64,000 bases of DNA. Origin: the human T2T-CHM13v2.0 reference genome, Homo sapiens. A program made the position numbers and the translations under genes. Shown here piece after piece: positions 24,548 to 38,147 of this stretch; position 1 is the stretch's first letter; each line of letters opens with the position of its first letter. The notes below the pieces were generated by a model, which did not search any database, was not told the DNA's origin, and saw only the letters and a program-made list of their open reading frames with translations. The DNA lies in assembly GCF_009914755.1 (NCBI RefSeq), contig NC_060926.1; one strand, written 5' to 3'.

Positions 24548-26399
24548 TACTTTTTCTCTTGTAATTGCTTTCATTTCATTTAACAAAGGAATACTGTAAA
24601 ATAGGGTTTAAGAGCATGTTCTCACGGTTCCACTTCCCCTCTATTTATTCTTACTGTGCTTGACATGGCTTTAGAGAAGGGGACACTCCAACGGCTCCTG
24701 GCACGACAGCGATGGTGAGACTTCCCACAGCGAAGTGGTGTCTCCTTCCCACAGGGCTCCCAGGGACTCTGTCTTCTAGTGAAAGAAGGGCAGCTGACAG
24801 TATGAAAAGGGGCTGTTTTCAGTCGGGGTTTTGTGACAGTTGGGGTCCATGTGTCAGAATGACTGAGTTGGGGTGAAAGGGATTACTTTCTCATTTCTTC
24901 TCAGAATACAGGGCAGCTTAAGGGGTACATTGAGAATCACAGGGAATGCCAAGGTTTACAATCTCTGTAAAGGGAAGTAGTATTTTCAGGAGAGCCCACA
25001 AGAGGGCAGTATTAAGGAAGGATCAATTTCGACAGGTTCTACAGAGTGTGAGAGCCAGGGTATACTCTTGAGCCCACATCCAAAGCACCACAGTCTTTAA
25101 AAATGCCATGCTCAGCATCACAAAAACCCAGATGCTTATGTGCTTTATTTTAGCACGTACCCACCTGATAAGGTATGGGGAAACAACCAAAAGCCATATA
25201 TGTGTATAAAATTACAACCCTGTGTAGACAGACGCTCTCCCTCATCTGTCTCCCACTTTGGGAGGCTAAGTGAAGAAATGGTCACATAGAACTGTAGCCA
25301 GGATTGAACAAGGAAGTTCTAGAAACTTTTCCCCGTACTCTTGAGGTAAAAAGTTATGGAGTCCCAATATCAACCGAATACAAAGAATTGGAAATCACAT
25401 CAGTTCTACAAGCTCAAAGAAGAACACAAATGCCAGGATCTGCTTCTAACAAACAGAGAAAACAAAGGCCAGCAAAAAAGGTGGAAAACTTTATAGGACT
25501 CAGTAATCAGAAAAGAAAGATTAAAATGTGAATATTTAAATAGGCAGTGAGGAAACTGACCATCTCATATACTGTTGTGAGTTAATGGTTGATACACTTT
25601 GAGCGGGCAGATTTATCCATATCTATTAAATTTTGTATAAAATGTACAAAAAAATGTACAAAATTTAATGCAAGTCTAACTGTAGGGATGTATCCTTCAA
25701 AAATACCCACAAAAGTATCCAAAGTCCAAGGATTTGCCTTGAAAATTTTGCTAAAACATTTAAGGTCCAACAGTCCCTTTCTTCCTATAGATTGATCTTC
25801 TTACAGAATGATTCCTATAGGAATTTCTGAGTGTCCAGCCTTTTGCATCATTAATTCTTGACATTTTAAGTCTACGCAAATCTCTGGTGTTTGCCCAACC
25901 CTGGGAATCTTTGAGTGAAACTCTCTCTATTCTGCCCTATCTTATTACTGTCACCTAAGTACAGGTCCTGCCACTGTATGTTTCGCTTTACCATAATCCA
26001 GGCTTTCTGAAAGATCTATTACTCAGTTTGACTCAGGCTTGTACTCAGTTGTGATGTGGAGTAAAATTGTCATAAGCCTCTAATACTTAGAGTTAATCTT
26101 CACTCAATTTAAATGATGGTTGTATCAGACTGTCAGTTTTAATCATGCTTAATAAGAAATATTGAATGAAAAAACTATTTATACAAGTAACTTTGCAAAT
26201 GTTAAGGATGGGATTAACCATTACCCTCTGTTTGAAAAGGAAGAATAAAGAATATTTACAAAACAGTTGCTCTATAGTTTAAGTTAAATATACTTATTCT
26301 GTATTTTGCCTTTGTAAACTTGAGTTTCTAAATCTGTTTACAGAAAAGGGCACAGAACTTACTTGTAGTATTGAGAATTGTGAGGTTTTCAAATAAATG

Positions 26400-28230
26400 T
26401 TTTACTTTGAGAGGAAGAAGGCTGTAGATTCTCATGCAGTTGTAAGAAATAATACAGAGAGACCCCACTCACCCTTTACCCAGTTTCCCCCAGTGGTAAG
26501 ATCTATAGTATGTCAGTTATCACAATCAGGATATTAAGGTTGACACAGTCAAGATAAAGAACATTTCTGTCATCACAAAGATCTCTCATGTGGCTTGGTA
26601 ATATCCACACCCTTGTCCCTCCTTACTACTTAACCTTTTGCAACTGTGAATCTGTCCTCCATTTCTACAATTTTGTTATTTCAAGATGTCCTTTCAATGG
26701 AATTGATACAAGGCTACAGTGTAAAACCTTTTAGGATTGCCTTTTTTTTTTTCAGTCAGAGGAATTATTGGTGATTCGTTTCTAGTGTGTTTGTAATTGC
26801 TTATTGTAACATTTTTATGATGATTACTTTAAAATCTTTGTCAGACAATTCCAACATCTCTGTCATCCTGATCTTGGTGTTGGTGTCTGTCAATTGTCTT
26901 TTTTTTTTTTTTCTTTGAGACAGGGTCTAGCTCTGTTGCCCAGGCCGGAGTGCAGTGGCACAATCTCGGCTCACTGCAGCCTTGACCTTGTCAGGCTCAG
27001 GTGATCCTCCCACTTCAGTATGCAGAGTAGCTGGGACCATGGGCATGTGCCACCATGCCTGGCTAATTGGTGTTTGTGTTTTTATAGGAACAGGGTCTCA
27101 CTATGTTGCCCAGGCTGGTCTCAAACTTCTGGGCTCAAGTGATCTGCCCGCCTCAGCCTCCCAAAGTGCTGGGATTACAGATGTGAGCACCCACGCTGGG
27201 CTTCAATTGTCTTTTCTCATCCTTTTGGGGTATTCTGTTTGTGCCTCTGGCACTTATTTGAGCTTTCTGTCTTAGCAGTCTTTTGGTACCTCTTTGACAG
27301 GGCAGGTGGGGAGGAAAGCCACTCCATTACTGGCCAGTGAGGGTAACATTCCAGGCTTCCCTCTCAGCTTTCATCCACATCATCCAGGGGGAGGGTCTCC
27401 TTGTTCCTGCTGGGTGAGGTGGGAGTTCCAGCTCCCCACTCCGCCTCCACTGACACCACCAGCTAGGAGGGAGTTACTGCTTCCTTTGTGGCCTCCATTG
27501 ACACCATGGGGGTGGGAGGTGGCGTTGTTTCCACTGGGCACGGGCAGAAGTTCTGACTCTCTGGTAGGCCTCCTCTGATACCCCACCAGCAGGGAAGGGT
27601 AGGGAGGCTTTGTTTTTCTGGATGTGAGTCCAAGTCTGGGTTCCCTATGTGGTCTCCACTGCTACCACAGGGTGTGGGGACTTCCTTATCACCTGTCAGG
27701 GATGAAAGTCCTGATCTGTACTTGGTCTCCTCAGATTCCACCCTGGGAGCGGGAGGAAGGTTGGGGCACTTTGTCATTACAGCCTGGTGTGGTTGGAAGT
27801 CTAGGCTCCCCAGCAGACTTGGGCTGGCATGGGCGGGAGTGGGACCACAGTTTGTCTAGGATGTTTGACTAGGCTAGAGTGGAAATCGTCTGAAAGTTTT
27901 CTGATTTGCCAGGGTACCCCTTTCCTAGTCCTCTGGCTAGAGAGCAGAGGTTTGTTGGGCATTTATTGTCTGCACGGGACTCCTTGGTGCTTCCAGGCTG
28001 CCAGCTTCGACAGCTCCAGGTCTGGGATATACAAGACTAAAGCAAAACCCGGGAACTCACAGCTGTGTCATTCCCTGGGTCCTGAGGTCCCTGACCAGTC
28101 TGTCTTCTTCACTCCACCTTTCAGAATCTTATGTTCGTTTTATATATAATGTTCAAGGTTTTGGGTTATACATAGAGGGAGGAATAGGGAAAAGTATGTC
28201 TACTCCATCTTCCCAGAAACAAAAGTCTTG
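26400..28230 (-). mobile_element. Old L1M fragments (3' end piece about 26400-26760, 5'UTR-type piece about 26770-28230)
   Basis: catgcagttgtaagaaataatacagagagaccc 3' end; repeated ctccactgacacc units; 5' terminus gtctactccatcttcccagaaac. Confidence 0.6.
26903..27202 (-). mobile_element. Alu (AluJ-like)
   Basis: Full Alu with TSD tcaattgtctttt on both sides. Confidence 0.93.
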
Positions 28231-28494
28231 AGAATTGTGTGTTAATAGTTATTTTCTGAAAACCATTGACTTATAACTAGGGACCACACATTTGTTGTAG
28301 GGATCTTCATTTGTTAGAAAATAGAAATGTTTGCTTAAAGTTCTAAAGTTTCCACAGAAAAATGGAATTTACAAATCCACATTATACTAACTATGACAAT
28401 TCTCCAACCAGTATATAAGAACTGTGGAGGAGGGAAGCAGAGTGCTTAGGGAGTGGGGAATACATGGAGGATAAAACCATTTAGAAAAATGACC

Positions 28495-28800
<306 letters not shown>

Positions 28801-29084
28801 TTAAAACTATGGTTGCTAGTAACTCTAAGGAAAACAAAAACTTGGTTTTTGTTGATATTTAAATTGTCATAATACTATAATTGCTTTAACTGTAGGGGGA
28901 GGATAGTAGCAAGAGGAGTGTGCAAGCACATGTGTGGCTTGGTTTAAGAGAGTTAAATCATCAACTATTTTAATAGTTTCTCACGAAATAATGACAAAAA
29001 AGATAAATTAAGAAATAGCAGTATACATATATCATTGGGAAATATGGAAATAAATCCTGGGAAAAACAGCCAAAATAATTGATA

Positions 29085-29446
29085 CAGGTTGAGTATTCCT
29101 TATCTGAAAGGCTTGGGATCAGAAGTGTTTTGGACTTCAGATTTTTTTGATTTCGAAGTATTTGTACATATATATAATATGAAAAACCCTAGGGATGGGA
29201 CCCAAGTCTAAACACAAAATTTATTTATGTTTCATATTCACCTTATACATATAGGCTGAAGGTAATTTCATTTTTCCCTTGGGAATGCTGAATAAACTAG
29301 TGTTGTCCACCTGTGTTTTGACTGGGACCCATCGCATGAGGTCAGGTATGGAACTTTCCGTCTGTGGCATCATGTTGGTGTTCAGCAAGTTTCAGATTTT
29401 GGAACATTTTGCACTTTGGATTTTCAGATTAGGTATGCTCAACCTG
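29085..29446. mobile_element. Tigger4/Zombi (MER46-type) MITE, complete
   Basis: TIRs caggttgagtat / atgctcaacctg flanked by TA on both sides. Confidence 0.88.
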
Positions 29447-30041
29447 TAATTGATAGCTGCAGTCAGAGATGGGACAAAAAGACAGCTGATAAAGAGATTT
29501 GTTGTTTCTCTCTCTCTCTCTTTTTTTTGTAGCCATTTAGCACTATGTTTTTAAACCTTTGCAGGTATAATGATGTCATAAAATAAAAATTAATTGGAAA
29601 ATAGTTAAGGGTATTTAAAAAACAGTAGATGGATAAAACAATACATCTACTACCACCACCACCCTAAGCCATCTTTTCTCCTGGAGTCCTAGCCTCTCGT
29701 CTTGTGGGACCATCTCTCCTCACAACTTGCTTTCAGCTATTTCAGCTCCTCTCAGTTCCTCAGCCCCTCACTATTTCAAAAACTCAAACATCTTATTTTT
29801 CTTATTCAGAGAAATATATATTCTTGTATTTCATCAAAGTCATCCCTGAGTGCTAAGTGAGTCCACCTACCAAATGACCCATCAATATGTTTTGTTGAAA
29901 AAAGAAATGAAGTTAGTTCTGTTAGGGAAAAGGAAAGGCAACGCTCATCCCAAATAAGTTTGCTGTCAGTCTTGAAGCTAATTCTTGCTTAATTTCAGCA
30001 AACTTTTCATACATTCTTTGTGAGGGTGGATGTGGAAAATA

Positions 30042-31111
30042 CAGGTAGTCCTTGCTCGAATGGTTACATTGTGTATCAATTTCAGTTACCACCATTCAGT
30101 TAAATAACAGCAGTCACCCAACGGCACAATTCAAATTTCAGTTACCATGGCATACTAACTGTGAGAAATTGCATAAAGTGCCAACTTTGCTGCTAGCTCT
30201 TAGTTCACAAGTCACTATGTAAATAACGGATATGCATCAATGATCAGCAACTGATCACATCACTTCTTCCAGTCTGTTCCTGATGGGTCACGGTGCATCT
30301 GTTATTCAATTCAGTGATGGACAGCAATGGTAGTATGGTCTTCTTATCGCTCAGTGATAAACCCACATGACATTTTACAAAAATGAATAACTGAAAAAGA
30401 CAGTTTGCCAACAAAGACGAAATTGCAGTAAAGAAAAAAAAAGTGATAATACTGCAAATGAAATTTGAAGTGAACATAATGAAGTTATAGAGGAAATCGC
30501 TGACCCTGGGAATGTTGACCCTGCTACCACTGGAGAGATTCTGGGTATGCAGCCAGGGGAACTTAGTGCAGGTGAACTCATGACGTAAGTGACGAAAGTG
30601 GCTGTGAGGAAATGGATGAAGGTGTGCCAGAGGAAGCGATGCTGGAAAAAACTTTCACGGTAAAGGCACTCTTAGAGATACTTCACCACATCCAAAATGC
30701 AAAGGGTAACATGTTGGAAGCTGATCCAAATTCACAAAGGAGTATGACAATCAGCTGAGACATGTGAAAGATGCTTGTTTCCTACCATGAGTTCTGCAAC
30801 AAGAAGACTGAAAGCATAATTCAAAGTACTCTTAATATATTTTTCACAAAGAAATAAAACACTTTCATTCCAATGTTTCTTATATTTTAAATTACAATGT
30901 GCTAAATAACATGCTAGTTTTAGTATTTTTTCATTTCCTTATACATGTATAAGTTTTAATGTTTTGACATTTCCTTATACATATACAAAGTTTTAATGTT
31001 TTGACAACAATTATTAAAGGTCAGGAAAGTTATGAAGATTGCTTTGCATGGTTTAGGCATGCACAGTCCTTTTTATGGTCCTGCACTACTGGGCAAAGCA
31101 AGGACTGGCTG
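30042..31111 (+). mobile_element. Internally deleted Tigger-type DNA transposon
   Basis: TIRs caggtagtccttgc / gcaaggactggctg with TA flanks; degenerate transposase remnants (KKKKVIILQMKFE; MLEADPNSQRSM). Confidence 0.8.
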
Positions 31112-32055
31112 TAAAGGAAATTAAGAAATTCATGTTTTCCTTCTTTTCTCTATACCAGCCTGCCCTCTGCTGGAGGTGCCAGAGATCAGTGAAATTGTCA
31201 GACTGTCAAGCTACAGACAGGTAGTTCTCAACCTTTTATTCTTTTCAGCTCTACCCCTTTGCTGCCACCCTAGAGGAAGCAAAACATTCCCATGCAAAAG
31301 CAAGGATGCTCTAATTCTCAGTCGAGTGAGTCATTATATCCACATTGTGGAGAAGGCTCTCATGCCACTAAACAATTACATCACGTAACTAAATTCTCTC
31401 AATGTGATTCTGTGCTCTGAGTGTAACCTGATACAAGCCTATTATTGGAAAGCACATTGGAAGTTATTTAGTCCAACTGGTGGCTATGCCAACTTTCACT
31501 GCAAAACTAAAATTTTTCCTAGGTTGTAAATGAGAGCTTAGAGAGCATCCTCTTTAAGCCTAGATTGGAATTTTGACTATGCCAAATTTCCCCTGACATT
31601 TTCTTCTCTTATTCCATTCCAGCAATTGTCCTCACTGGCTGGACAATTTACTTCTAGAAATGTTTAGCATTAATAGTGACATAAAGATGTCTCTTGTGAC
31701 CAACAGAAAGAGCCATAGTGTGTCAGTGTGTTTCCAGAACTTTCAGATCTGCTTCCAAACTATTTTAGTTCAGAGATAGTGCATTAATCTCCTCTTCCAC
31801 TCTGTCCCTACCTTCCACCCTCACAGTTTACATTTCCAAATAAAGTAACAATTCTTTGCCCAGCAGTTTAGTACAAGCAGTTTAGGTCCGCAGGAAATGC
31901 TTAATAAATAATGGTTAAATGTGTGAATAAACTAATATATTTCCATTCCTTAATGGAAGCAACCAAAGTTATCACATGGTAATGAGAATAGGAATTTGGA
32001 TGCAGGCAAATTGTGCATCTATAAATTTATAGAAGGCTGTCAAGACAGCTCTCTA

Positions 32056-32370
<315 letters not shown>

Positions 32371-32759
32371 TTCCCTTTGCTCAAAAGGAGAGGAAGAGAT
32401 TATAGAACATTTAGGAATATGTTCTTATCTGTCTTATATTTTTGTTGTTGTTAAAAGATGTTACATATATATTAGTTACATATATTTACATATATAATGT
32501 ACATATATTTACGTTTATTTGCATATAGAGTCATATTAAGACTGTTAAGGTTATAGGTTTAAAAGACTAGGTTAGAAACTATTGTCTTAAACCTCTAAGA
32601 TTCTGAATTGTCTGTTTTGTTAGAACCCATGGGTTTTCAGTTTCCCCTGTAATAAATTGTAACAAATATAAAAAGAACAAGATAAGTGAGTACTTTTATT
32701 TCTAACCTGCAATAGTTCTCAAGTAATTTAACATATAATGTGGCTTTTACTATTATTGT

Positions 32760-34388
32760 TGTCATGGGATCCTTAGGTTGTCACTTCACCAGCCAGGAAC
32801 CTCTGTGGCTGTCGGCACCTTTGCCCGAGTTTTGCTTGGGCCGCTGGGCTCTTTCTGCTCTCTTGGCCTCGCAGGCTTCACTTGGCTTTCGCTACTGGCT
32901 CCGATCCCATGGCTGCCAAGGGCAAGCTAGGCACAGGGCGGTGAGGGGTGTGTGAGCGAGCACAGGGTCCAGCCACTGCACACAGCCAGGCATGCTAGCT
33001 GCGGTGGGGTGGGCAGTTCCAGGTGCCGGCATGAGTGCTGGCTTCCTGCTAGGCTGTGGTTGGACCAGGTGTACTGCAAGCGGCTTCCACTGTGGACACC
33101 CGGGAATGCAGTGGCACCTGAAGCTTGGAGATACCAGGAACCACAGAGCCCCAAAGAGGGTGTCACAGCCGTGGCTTGGGGAACTCCTAGATCTGGGCTT
33201 CCCAAAGAGCTGCAGCTCTTCTCTCCTTGTTGCCCACAATGTGGCAAGCAGGGGTGGAGGGTGTGTTTTGGGCTTGTTTGTGTTACAGCTCTTTCAGTCC
33301 CAGCATTCAGCAGGTCCCAAGTTCTTGTCCCACATCCAGGAAGAATGAGGTATGCAGATAACTGCAGGGTGAGCAAGGTGAAGAGGTGCTTTATTGAGCA
33401 GCAGTTCAGCTCTCAGGAGACCCAAAGTGAGTAGCTCCTTTCTGCAGGCAGGCTGTCCGAATGTCTCTGTAGCCATCAGCAGAGAGGAGACCTGGTGTGG
33501 GTAGCTCCTATCTGCAGGCAGGTCTTTCTGATGTCTCTGCAGTCCTCAGTGGAGAGGAGACCTGGAGTACCTGGAGTGGGTAGCTCCTATCCACAGGCAG
33601 GTTGTACAGAGTGTACAGCTCTCACTGGAGAGGAGACTCATGGTGGGTAGCTCCGCTCTGCAGGGAGGTCGTCCTGCCATCTGTCCAAGTCCGGGATTTT
33701 ATGGGCTTCAGAGAGGAGGACCTATGTGCTGATTGGTCCATGAGCAGCCATGTGTGGGCTTGGAAAAAGTACTGTAAGTTTTCACTCCAGTCCGTGGAAC
33801 TGGCAGCCTGGTCCCCAGGCTTCAGGTGGGGTTTTATGGGGGACTAGCTCCTTTCTGCCCAGGAGCCTGTCTGCCCCCTGCCACTGTTCATGGTGCCCAG
33901 GCTGTTCGAGCTGAGGGATGCCTCCAGGCCCGTGCCGAGCTGCCCACAGTGCCCCCTTGGCCACTCTCTCATGCTTGTTGGTGCCCAAAGTCTGGAGGGG
34001 GCCGAGGAGGCAGGGGGCTGGCGTGTCAGCACTGTCCTGAGCATGTGCACACCCAGCCCGGTTGTGACAGCACCTGGGCTTGGTCACAACTTTGCTTTGA
34101 AATTGGAGCGGGTGCTGGGAGCAGGGAGAGGCCAGGCAACGCGGGCAGGCACTTCTGTGCCTGTGCGGACAGGGGGACTTCCTGGGCCTCCAGAAGCACA
34201 GGGATGCCCAGGTCCTGCAGCTGGGTGGCTGCAGCTGTGTCCGGGAGGGCAAGGTTCCCGCCCCTTCAACTGGGAAGGGGGTGTGGATCCCGTCTGTTCC
34301 CGGCTCCCCCGGCTCCATGGAGCGCACAGCCCTGGCTGCAGCTAGTGTCTTTTCAGCAGCCTTTCCAGATAGGCCACTGCTGCCATCA
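32760..34388 (-). mobile_element. MER52-type long ERV1 LTR
   Basis: tgtcatgggatccttagg...gccactgctgccatca, 1.6 kb and GC-rich, with internal tandem ggagaggagacc...gggtagctcc...gcagg units at about 33410-33670. Confidence 0.85.
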
Positions 34389-36813
34389 CTATTACACAAG
34401 TTTTTTCCTCACAAGAGCTGCACAGACACCTCTGGCCACAAGGAAAGTTATCATACCCATTTTATATTTGGAGAAAAGACGACAGATGAAGAAATGGAAA
34501 TAAATGCCTGATTTTACAGTAGATCTGGGAACAAAACACTGGTACCACTAATTTATTTCACTTCATTAGAGTAGTACTTTTTGTTGCTAGCGTACTCCTT
34601 AAAATAGTTTTGAAAAACAATGTGCCTTCTCACACATTTTTAAGTTAACATCTGAAATTTTTCTCATAAGTTTAAATAGTAACAAAAGATATAAATATTG
34701 ACACTTTTTAACAAAAACCTATGACATCACTCTTTTCAACATATACAATATAATCTAAATACCAGAACAGTTTTATATGCTCTATCTTAACTTTAAAAAT
34801 ATATGAACAACCTCTCTTCTAAGATTAGGAAAATTTACATTGTTCCTGTTTTCCCTTGACCTTGTATTTCCATTTAACTTTACCCACAAAATTTTTTCTT
34901 TATATTTGAAAGTTTTTTTAGAATTAATTATATTACCATACTTTTCTGTATCAAAAATATGCCTATGTTGAAATTAAAATGTATGTTTTCTTTATTGATA
35001 AAGCTGAGTGGTAAAATTTTCTTCTAGATTTTGTTATCACAGTTATTAATATACAATTAAATATAACAAATAAATGTATTATTAAATTTGATAATCAATA
35101 AAGATAACAAGTAAAATGTTACTAGAACTATATCTCTTAATGAGATGAATGGAGCTTTTTTCCTTTTTAAATTAGGTTATATGTCAATAGATATGTATTA
35201 CTTATTGCTAGAATGTGACTGGATACTGTGGTAATTGACAGCAAAAAGCAATTATTGGCCATTTTTATATGTATGGCTTATAGAAGTTGTATTAATGACT
35301 ATTTATAGTAGAATCCATCATCCAATTTTGTTCAGCTACTATACCTCTAAATAAGTACACTATAGGATAGAATAAACTGATAAAAACCGATAAGAGCAAA
35401 CAGAAAATGCACCCAAATGAAAAATGAATATAGATTTTCTATATCTAATTATCTTTATGGAATAGTTATTTACAGAATTTCCCTATGAGTCTGAATAAAT
35501 GTACAAGAAAATATACAACACTAACTCACTTCTAATATATGTTCTGGATACTTGAAAATGTAATGTTGACCAGCAGGAATAACTGGGGGAATTTGTATTC
35601 CTTTTTTCTTGAAATCACTTAGCAGAGACACAAACCAGTGTTTTGATCAAGGCAGCTTCCCTGTAGGCACTGACACCCCAGGCCAAGACCCCATAGCAGG
35701 ATTCCTGATGGGTGAGAGGTTTGCCTTTACTTTAAGAAGTTGGGTCAAGGTGACTGGGAATGAGGAACTGGGAAGAGATGGAGCACTATGCCTTGCCCAA
35801 GTTCTCAGACAGCTCAGATTTAAGCCTATGGAAGTTGAGGCTCTGCAAAGTGAGTCCCTTAAAACCATCCAAGATTACATACCCTTTTGAAAGCTCCCAC
35901 ACAAATTCCAGTTTGAAGACCATAGTGGAGACTTCTGAGGCCCACCACTATGTATTTCAAGTTTACTTAAATTTTTTAGAAAGCCCAGCGACACAAAGCC
36001 TGCCTAGGAGGTTCATCAGGCTGTTCTGTGAGAGACTGTTCACAGAAGCTTGAGTTGTTATGTGACAACTGCCCGCCTCATGGGAATGCAACCTCACAGA
36101 ATGGACAGTGAACAGCCGGTGGGACACAGGCAAAGAACACATGATGGGAGATGAGTGCTCTTCCACCTTTGAGTGAAAGTTTATGTCCATAAGGAAAAAA
36201 ATGAAAATTGTTACATGTGAACTGCCTCCCAAGAAAGTAGTATAATAAGAATCAAAATGTAATGGAAACATTCAAACAAGGTCATACTCATCTTAATGTT
36301 AAATTTTGTTTTAAGATACTTTGAAGGGCTAGAGTTCAAATAAGCATTCTTTTTAGTGATCTAGAAATGAAATAAATAAAACTATCATGCTGTTTTCCTA
36401 AGGTATTTAGTAAACATACAGGTCACAATCTGGAGTATCATAATTGTGATTAATAATTCTTAGGGAACCAGAGAACATTTCATTAGATTATAATGATTTT
36501 TATCCTCCTTTGAAAAATTGCCACAGATTTATAAAGGATTTATATGTTTTTCAGAAACTTCAATCCATTAGCAAAAATGAACAAAGTTGATGTCCTGCCT
36601 TTGAGATTTTGAAAATGTTATCAAGATGGATGTGTAGAAGGCATACTCATTAATAATGTGAAGGCAAAACTATGTCAGAAATAGGGTTTTGATTTTTTTA
36701 AGTGTTTACTTGGACTACACATTCACCTTCATATTTCTCAACCTACACCATTTCTATATACTTGGCTAAAATACTTGTTACTGAAATATCTGATTAAGTT
36801 GGCCTAATTTTCT

Positions 36814-37098
36814 TTTTTTTCTTTTTTTGAGACAGTCTTGCTCTGTTGCCCAGGCTGGAGTGCAGTGGCGTAATCTTGACTCACTACCTCCTGGGTTCAA
36901 GCGATTCTCCTGCCTCACCTCCCGAATAGCTGGGATTACAGGCACGTGCCACCACACCTGGCTCATTTTTGTATTTGTAGTAGAGATGGAGTTTCACCAT
37001 GTTGGTCAGGTTGGTCTCAAACTCCTGACCTCAGGGGATCCGCCTGCCTCAGCCTCCCAAAGTGCTGAGATTACAGGGGTGAGCCACTGTGCCAGGCC
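36814..37098 (-). mobile_element. Alu (AluS-like, with a ~9-nt deletion in the right arm)
   Basis: Perfect 19-bp TSD taagttggcctaattttct at 36795-36813 and 37099-37117. Confidence 0.96.
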
Positions 37099-37486
37099 TA
37101 AGTTGGCCTAATTTTCTGGCTTAATAAATAATTTATTTTCTTATTGCTAAAATTAATATATATGTATTTGTTCAAATATTCTGTTTTTCAGATTTACTTC
37201 TACCTGTGATATTGCTAAATGGAATTTTATTCACATTCAGCAGTTGAATAAATCTAAAATACAGAGGTAAAAATAGACATTGAAAAACTGTGATTCTGAG
37301 CCTCAGATCACTAAAATGATATTTTCATGTTGCTAAGAAACAGTTACTATTTAATTGGAACAAAACTTCATCAATGTTTTCTGTTTCTCTCAGTTCTGTG
37401 AAGTAATCCCTTACAGTCCAATAAAATTAAAACCTGAGTGTGGATTGGAGTACTCGTATTTATTTAGAGATGTAGAGATTCCTACC

Positions 37487-37935
37487 TGGGGTAAACAGCC
37501 TCCAAGATGGCACCCAGTGATCTGCACTTCCTGTTATTCACAGCCTGTGGAGTCCCTCCTACATTGTACCAGGGTTGGCCAATGGAATATGGCAGAAATG
37601 ATGGTATCTCACATCCAAGACTACATTATCAAAGAACTGCTTACGGCTTTTCTCTCATTGCTCACTCTAGGGGAAACCATGTTGTGAGAGACCCATGTAT
37701 GGCTGAACTAAACCTGTGTGCATGTGAGTGAAGCAGAGCCTCAAGCTCCAGATGGATCTTGAGATGGCTGCAGCCTGGCTTGACTGAAACCTCATGGATG
37801 ACCTCGAGCCAGAACAACCGGGCTAAACTGCTTCCAGATTCCTGACCCTCAGAAACAGTGAAATAATAAACGCTTGTTGTTTTAAACTGCTAAATGTTGG
37901 GGTAATTGGTTGTGTAATAACAGATAAACTAATAA
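37487..37935 (+). mobile_element. MLT1F-like MaLR LTR
   Basis: cagcctccaagatggcacccagtgatc...ccagattcctgaccctcagaaacagtg...ttggggtaattggttg. Confidence 0.8.
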
Positions 37936-37979
37936 ACTACCTTTAGTTACTACGCTTCCTATTAAACCTGTTACTTAAA

Positions 37980-38147
37980 CTATATCCTTGGCTAAAATAC
38001 TTGTTACTAAAATACCTGATTAAGTTGGACTAATTTTCTTTTTTTGAGACAGAGTCTTGCTCTGTTGCCCAGGCTGGAGTGCAGTGGCGTAATGTCGGCT
38101 CACTGCCTCCTGGGTTCAAGCGATTCTCCTGCCTCAACTCCCGAATA
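37980..38147 (+). repeat. Displaced direct copy of 36754-36928 (unique flank plus Alu 3' end)
   Basis: cttggctaaaatacttgttact...ccgaata is present at both sites, with the same Alu deletion. Confidence 0.92.

Noticed and set aside
32892-34503. Multiple 115-225 aa ORFs on both strands
   Set aside because: They lie essentially within the GC-rich MER52-type LTR and show no protein similarity that I recognise.
34580-35500. AT-rich block possibly derived from a hAT/Charlie transposon
   Set aside because: I could not identify TIRs, TSDs or a transposase frame by eye, so it is left unannotated.
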